From: Spirochaetota bacterium
GTDB lineage: Bacteria; Spirochaetota; UBA4802; UBA5550
Length of the DNA stretch: 64,000 bases
Assembly (NCBI GenBank): GCA_050298055.1
Contig: JBNKTL010000023.1
Location: 19,855-83,854 of the forward strand
Reading direction: 5' to 3'
Each line of letters opens with the position of its first letter. Within the stretch, counting starts at the first letter, position 1. Position numbers and translations under genes: made by a program. Positions 58,915 through 64,000 of the stretch are shown piece by piece. The notes below the pieces were generated by a model. That model was given only the letters and a program-made list of their open reading frames with translations. It made no database searches and was not told the origin of the DNA.

Positions 58915-60146
58915 GGTTGAACATGACTCATATTTTTATTTATATCGGACTGACACTCTTTGCCGGTTTTATTCTGAAATTCTACGTATCCGACAGGTAT
59001 AAAATACCGGCTGTAACCATCTATATCATAATGGGCGTTGTTCTGGGAATATCGTTTCTGAAGATATTTAACTCGGAAGCGCTGGAGCACCTTGACTTTA
59101 TTTCAAAACTGGCACTGGGGATCATTGCCTTTATTATCGGATCTGAATTGAACAAGGATGTCCTCTTCTCCCTGGGAAAATCCATAATATTTATAGCGGT
59201 TTTTGAAGCTTTAATGGCATTCTTTTTTGTTATTACTGCAATTTATTACCTGACTTCCCTTCCCTTCTACTATGCGCTGATCCTCGGTGCGGTGGCATCG
59301 GCAACGGCCCCGGCGGCAACTGTCTATGTCATACAGCAGTATAAGGCCAAGGGCCCCCTTACATCCACCATAATGGGGGTTGTGGGAATCGATGACGCGG
59401 TGGCCCTTATCATATATGTGTTTGCATCAATTTTTGCATCAAATATCATGAAAGGGACGGAGCTTTCGGTTGTAAGGCTGATATTAAAACCGCTTATAAA
59501 CATTTCAATATCTGTTGTTATCGGAGCAGTTTCCGGCCTGATCTATACTTTTATCATGAGAAAAATAAGAGACAACGAGGTTGTCCTGATGGCCATCTTT
59601 GCCTTTATCCTGGTCCAGCTGGGACTAGCTGAAATGCTGGACGTGTCCGAACTTCTTGCTATCATGACATTCGGGACCTGCCTGGTGAACTTCAACGGAC
59701 CATTGACTCACCGGACAAAGAATATCATTGAGGGGATCTCACCGCTGATCCTGCCGCTCTTCTTTATTTTTGCAGGCGCGCACCTGAACATTAACCTCAT
59801 CGGAAAAATCGGTCTCCTGGGATTGATCTATACCGCGGCGCGTATGACGGGTAAAGTTTCCGGTGCCTATCTGGGCGCGACTATCGGAAAGGCGCTTCCC
59901 GTTGTAAGAAAATATATCGGGTTTTCCCTTATTCCCCAGGTGGGAGTCGCAGTAGCACTGGCCCTGTCTGTGAGCCAGAAGTTCGGTTCCGGCGAATACG
60001 GGACCGCCGGGAAGGAACTCACCTCGGTGGTTATCAACGTTCTGCTTTTTACAACTATTATAACCGAGGCAGTGGGGCCCCTAATGACAAAGATGTCGTT
60101 AACCCGGGCACAGGAGATACCGCCCCAGGCGGAAAATATCAATTAG
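58911..60146 (+). CDS. Cation:proton antiporter (CPA family)
   Basis: Multi-TM; ALGIIAFIIGSEL, SATAPAAT, GIDDA and PQVGVAVALAL. Confidence 0.9.
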   Translation: MRLNMTHIFIYIGLTLFAGFILKFYVSDRYKIPAVTIYIIMGVVLGISFLKIFNSEALEHLDFISKLALGIIAFIIGSELNKDVLFSLGKSIIFIAVFEALMAFFFVITAIYYLTSLPFYYALILGAVASATAPAATVYVIQQYKAKGPLTSTIMGVVGIDDAVALIIYVFASIFASNIMKGTELSVVRLILKPLINISISVVIGAVSGLIYTFIMRKIRDNEVVLMAIFAFILVQLGLAEMLDVSELLAIMTFGTCLVNFNGPLTHRTKNIIEGISPLILPLFFIFAGAHLNINLIGKIGLLGLIYTAARMTGKVSGAYLGATIGKALPVVRKYIGFSLIPQVGVAVALALSVSQKFGSGEYGTAGKELTSVVINVLLFTTIITEAVGPLMTKMSLTRAQEIPPQAENIN

Positions 60147-60160
60147 AAAGGAGAAATCAT

Positions 60161-60472
60161 ATGTATTTTTATATACTTCAGCTTTTTAATCATAATTATA
60201 AAGAGGACATTATTCTGGCGCTTACCTCTGCCGGTGTCATGAAGGGGACATATGTTGAAGGTGAAAATTACGATAACTTTTTGACAAAGGAATTTCCTAT
60301 TTTTACCGGTCTCTTTAAAACACAGGAGCACAAGGAGAGGATATCGGCTCTGTTTTTCGGCATGGTAGAGGAGAAAAAGGTGATGGACAATGTTGTGCAA
60401 CTCCTGGATGATTCCGGTATTGTTAACAGTGATAACCAGGTTTATCAACTCATTATGTTAAAAGGAGAATAA
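60161..60472 (+). CDS. Small PII-like (ferredoxin-fold) protein
   Basis: 103 aa; ILALTSAGVMKGTYVEG...FPIFTGL; AAGGAG RBS, operonic with the antiporter. Confidence 0.5.
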   Translation: MYFYILQLFNHNYKEDIILALTSAGVMKGTYVEGENYDNFLTKEFPIFTGLFKTQEHKERISALFFGMVEEKKVMDNVVQLLDDSGIVNSDNQVYQLIMLKGE

Positions 60473-60518
60473 TGCCGGGGAATGAACATCCAGAGGACGT
60501 CAGACAGATCAATATCCC

Positions 60519-60899
60519 ATGAATTTTTTTCAATCACCTTACCACCAGCTCATTCTCTTTCTCGCCTTTTGCTGCATTAACTTTGCAATCAAATGGAGGG
60601 ATACCGCATATGTTCTCCAATCCGGCCTGACTGCCATCATCTTATGGATGGTTGCAGGGGGTATTATCGGTATCCCCGGCCGGGTCCCCTGGTCTTATTA
60701 CCTCTCCCTTGTTATTGCCCTCATTGGCGGATATGCAGTCTACCTGACCTGTAGCTGGATTTCCCACAGGTGGGGAGGTGAACCGTTTAAGCCCTACAAT
60801 CAAGAATCATTTATCTTAGTCCTTACGCCCCTATTCTTTTCACCTGTTGTTTTCATTCCACTGCTGCTTATAAAACTGATCATACTTTTCTTCAGCTGA
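60519..60899 (+). CDS. Hypothetical membrane protein
   Basis: About four hydrophobic segments. Confidence 0.65.
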   Translation: MNFFQSPYHQLILFLAFCCINFAIKWRDTAYVLQSGLTAIILWMVAGGIIGIPGRVPWSYYLSLVIALIGGYAVYLTCSWISHRWGGEPFKPYNQESFILVLTPLFFSPVVFIPLLLIKLIILFFS

Positions 60900-61032
60900 G
60901 TATTCACGGAATCCATACAATAAAAAAACACCCTGGGAAATACAAATTTATTTTTTTATAGACAACGCTTTTCAGGGAAATTAAAGTAATCTTCAACAAC
61001 CGGGAAACGGAAACCGGTAACCAGGAGGAGAG

Positions 61033-61782
61033 ATGTTGGCAGAAAGCCGTTTAACCAGGATAAGACAAATGCGGACCGCCTGGATCATTATTGCAATCTG
61101 TTACTGCATCGTATGGATTGCGCCTTTTGTCGCAGATTTATCCGGGCAGGCCTACGGCTCAGCCGAGAACTTAGCAAATTTAAGAGATTCTTCACAATTC
61201 GGCTGGCACGTAATAGCCCTGCTGGGAGCCGTCTCCTTTGCCTATGCACTTGAAGTGGAAAAAGGCAACTGGGGAGCTGTTTTCGCAGGATTCGCCTTTG
61301 TTCTCATGGATGCATTTAACGAAATGTGGAACGGCCTGATCTTTACGGCCACCGGAGGATACTCAGCATACTGGATGTGCAATTTTCCAACGGGTTTTCA
61401 AACACTGATCGGATGGAATATTGAAATCATCTACAACTTCTTTTTCTGGGGACTCATCATCACCAAAGGTCTTCCCAAAGACAAGGAGATGAAATTTTTT
61501 GGTATTATTAACAACCGGGTTTTTCTGGCTTTCCTCTGGGCTTTGCTGGGGGTCCTGGTGGAAATCATCCTCAATTCATTTGATGCGTTAATCTGGAACT
61601 ACTGGTGGTGGAGTGCGAAGTTCCCTTTATTCCTGATAATCCTTGCCTATTTCCCCTTCACCTTGATCACTTTTTATGTATACGACCTGCCTTCAACAAA
61701 ACAGCAGGCAAAATTTGTAGGAAGCATGGCAGGAATCCTGGCAATCTGCTACACAATCTTTCTCTCCCTGGGCTGGATCTGA
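61033..61782 (+). CDS. Hypothetical polytopic membrane protein
   Basis: About seven TM segments, Trp-rich, D..NE.WN and GWNIEI motifs; AGGAGG RBS. Confidence 0.75.
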   Translation: MLAESRLTRIRQMRTAWIIIAICYCIVWIAPFVADLSGQAYGSAENLANLRDSSQFGWHVIALLGAVSFAYALEVEKGNWGAVFAGFAFVLMDAFNEMWNGLIFTATGGYSAYWMCNFPTGFQTLIGWNIEIIYNFFFWGLIITKGLPKDKEMKFFGIINNRVFLAFLWALLGVLVEIILNSFDALIWNYWWWSAKFPLFLIILAYFPFTLITFYVYDLPSTKQQAKFVGSMAGILAICYTIFLSLGWI

Positions 61783-61806
61783 GACAGCATTCAATGCGGG
61801 CTTCTG

Positions 61807-62535
61807 TTACCATATAAAAGGTATTAATCTGTATTTCGTGATCTTTGTATAATTATCATAGCCTTCCAATTCATTCTGAAGCGAATTGTCTTCCAGGTAT
61901 GTCCTGATAACAAATATAATGATTAAAAAGACTATTGGGATAAAACTTATTATTGATCCTAATATAAGAGGATAACTTATGGCGCCAATAATCCATGAAA
62001 AATAGCCGGGATGCCTGATATATTTATAAGGCCCGGTATTAATAACAACATGATTCCTGTCGCTTTGAATACGTTGAGTGGACGCAAAAAATGGATTAAT
62101 TGACATTGACCAGATCCCGATGATTGCCGAAAAAATGAATAATAAGACGCCGGGATAGAGAGAAAATTCTGGAAGTGATGTCCATTTATATCGAATGACA
62201 TCGAGACCTGCAATGATTGAAATTGAAATAATTGAGATGAGATAAATAATGATAAATACTATTTCATATTTTTTTGTTGCAGCTCGAATCAATCGACCTC
62301 TTTCATTTATTAATGCAGGATTAAAAATAATTAATGAAATATTCAAAGCTACCAGGAAAATAATATCCAGAATAATATATATCCATGCATTGATCCATTT
62401 AATTGTACCGGCAGAAATAAATAAAATTATTGAGCAGAAAATAATTAAAGACAATTCACGAAGTATATATCTCACTCCTTTAAAATTGATTATTGATAAA
62501 TTTTTTATTATTTGATTCATAATGGCACTATCCAA
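61807..62535 (-). CDS. Isoprenylcysteine carboxyl methyltransferase (ICMT/PEMT)-family protein
   Basis: NPFF..RIQ.DRNHVVINTGPYKYIRHPGY, RTYLED..L..EL.GY..Y and YRLIPFIW. Confidence 0.88.
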   Translation of the reverse strand: MDSAIMNQIIKNLSIINFKGVRYILRELSLIIFCSIILFISAGTIKWINAWIYIILDIIFLVALNISLIIFNPALINERGRLIRAATKKYEIVFIIIYLISIISISIIAGLDVIRYKWTSLPEFSLYPGVLLFIFSAIIGIWSMSINPFFASTQRIQSDRNHVVINTGPYKYIRHPGYFSWIIGAISYPLILGSIISFIPIVFLIIIFVIRTYLEDNSLQNELEGYDNYTKITKYRLIPFIW

Positions 62536-62837
62536 TAATTTTTTTCTTTTTCATAGAATTTTTTAAACCTTTTATCTTTTAATCTATATAATTTTAAAAA
62601 TCTTCATTTTTCACCTCCCTTAAATTGAACTGTAATTCTTTTAAAAATCATTTATTGTTTACATTTTTATTAACAAAAAAGAGTTAAATATCTATTTTTT
62701 TTTAAAATAACTTGAAATTTGTAAATTTTTATTATATATTTTATGAGTGAATTCAATGAAGATCGTTCCTCAGGATACTCTTCAATTCCGCCAGTCAAAC
62801 AAACAACATTATTAAACTTATTAAAAAGGAGTCGTAT

Positions 62838-63827
62838 ATGATATTCAACAAAACAGTAGCTAAAATATGTATTTTAATTTCAGTACTCTTTATATTTTCA
62901 GCTACAGCTTATACGAAAGCACACGATCAGTATGGTTTCGGCAATAGAGAATTTTTAATTCAATCTGCACTGGAAGCGGGAAAATCAACCGGGGGTATCT
63001 GGGATTTGCCTGGTACAAAGAATTTTTTTAAAAGAGGAAAATGGAAACAGGTTCAAATCTGGGCAAGGGATAAGGGTAAGGACAGAAAAGACCGTTTATT
63101 CAAATTTACCCCGGCAGGGGGAAGCGCTGAAGGCAGATATTTTATAAAATACGCAAAAGAAAAATACTGGGGAGTGAATTACATTGGTGGTACCGGAAAA
63201 GTCGAAGCACGATTCAGCGCGGACCATTTTGAATTGAAACATCTGGGAAACGGCCGCTGGAAGATTTATGTGGACAAGAATACGATTTTAGCAATTGATA
63301 ATATGAAAGCTAAAAACGGAGCAAAGATTGTTGCGGTCCGTGACTCTAACTCCAAAAACGCACAGTGGGTATTCTTCAACGCCAGGACCAATAAATCTTT
63401 TATACCGAGAATGATTTCACCGCGTAACGGCTTTAACAGCAGTAATAACGGAAAAAGCTCACAGAGCCTTGAAAGCGCCCTTGGCCAGAAAAGAGGGCCC
63501 GCAAAATACTTTACCCATGTTTCTGCAAGTCAGTTTAGATTAGACAACCGGAACAACATTATGAAAATATTTTATGAAGGCTATGGCACCGCCGATCAAT
63601 GGAACCATATACTTGATACAGTAAAAGCTGCCAAATATAATAGAGATACAGGTGCACGAAGGGAAATCTACAACGCACTGAACACTGTATCTGTTAAAAA
63701 AGGATCAGTTTTGCTGAATGCGACTATTAAACCCCGGGTAAAAAAAGGAGTAGCAGAATCTGTTAAAAGTGAAAGGGACGCCATCGCAAAAAAATATCTC
63801 ATGTCAATTGAGAATAAATTTCAATAA
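62838..63827 (+). CDS. Secreted basic protein, possible ricin-type beta-trefoil plus helical C-terminus
   Basis: Signal peptide; WDLPG, QVQIW, GRWKIY and NGAKIV..NAQWVF; AAGGAG RBS. Confidence 0.6.
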   Translation: MIFNKTVAKICILISVLFIFSATAYTKAHDQYGFGNREFLIQSALEAGKSTGGIWDLPGTKNFFKRGKWKQVQIWARDKGKDRKDRLFKFTPAGGSAEGRYFIKYAKEKYWGVNYIGGTGKVEARFSADHFELKHLGNGRWKIYVDKNTILAIDNMKAKNGAKIVAVRDSNSKNAQWVFFNARTNKSFIPRMISPRNGFNSSNNGKSSQSLESALGQKRGPAKYFTHVSASQFRLDNRNNIMKIFYEGYGTADQWNHILDTVKAAKYNRDTGARREIYNALNTVSVKKGSVLLNATIKPRVKKGVAESVKSERDAIAKKYLMSIENKFQ

Positions 63828-63837
63828 TTATTAAATG

Positions 63838-63980
63838 CAACGACTCAGCTATGCATAAGAATAATCATATTCATGAAAAACATAACTGATATGTCCCCGC
63901 CGCCTACGGCGGCGGGGACATATTGTTAATATATTTAGTAACACTGCTGTCCCATAGATTTAAAATTCCAAACATAGCTG
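63838..63980. repeat. GC-hairpin MITE-like element
   Basis: Arm AACGACTCAGCTATGCATAAGAATAATCATAT; core ATATGTCCCCGCCGCC-TAC-GGCGGCGGGGACATAT (63889-63923). Confidence 0.85.
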
Positions 63981-64000
63981 TTGACACCCCGATTTTACAG

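Noticed and set aside
62750..62800. ZTP (pfl) riboswitch-like GACTGGCGGAA on the minus strand
   Set aside because: Lacks the GTGG/CCAC stem and the CGCCTGGG pseudoknot, and the downstream gene is unrelated to purine or folate metabolism.
13805..63980. CRISPR array from the hairpin repeats
   Set aside because: The copies are dispersed, with no regular repeat-spacer structure and no cas genes.

Overview
A 64-kb bacterial chromosomal segment with about 55 protein-coding genes. I found no rRNA, tRNA, CRISPR array, integrase or intact transposase. The gene content suggests an anaerobic or microaerobic, Leptospirae-like spirochaete; this is an inference from the membrane SpoIIE/PP2C-STAS modules, MCPs, a DUF1564-like gene, spirochaete-style lipoproteins, a W/Mo AOR and an archaeal-type ThyA. 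Housekeeping and metabolic genes (SUI1/yciH, cyclophilin, srkA, SDR, AOR, acyl-CoA transferase, leuD/leuC-like, hisN, rmuC, gdh, thyA) are mixed with signalling, surface and accessory genes and with several small non-autonomous repeat families. The most notable observations follow. (1) A 3xCheW-linker-TM-OmpA fusion protein that could tether chemoreceptor arrays to peptidoglycan. (2) A 49-aa ArfA-like ORF, absent from the ORF track, coupled between rmuC and hisN. (3) An AOR fused to a MoaD-like domain ending in Gly-Gly. (4) An orphan Imm11-like immunity gene bracketed by 44-bp direct repeats. (5) A BmrR-like MerR gene followed by a 19-bp-spacer promoter driving a leuD-leuC-like pair. (6) A possible trans-envelope PP2C/STAS signalling cluster with a shared promoter motif. 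(7) A protein built from 17-aa repeats. All family calls come from motif recognition by eye; no database searches were run.
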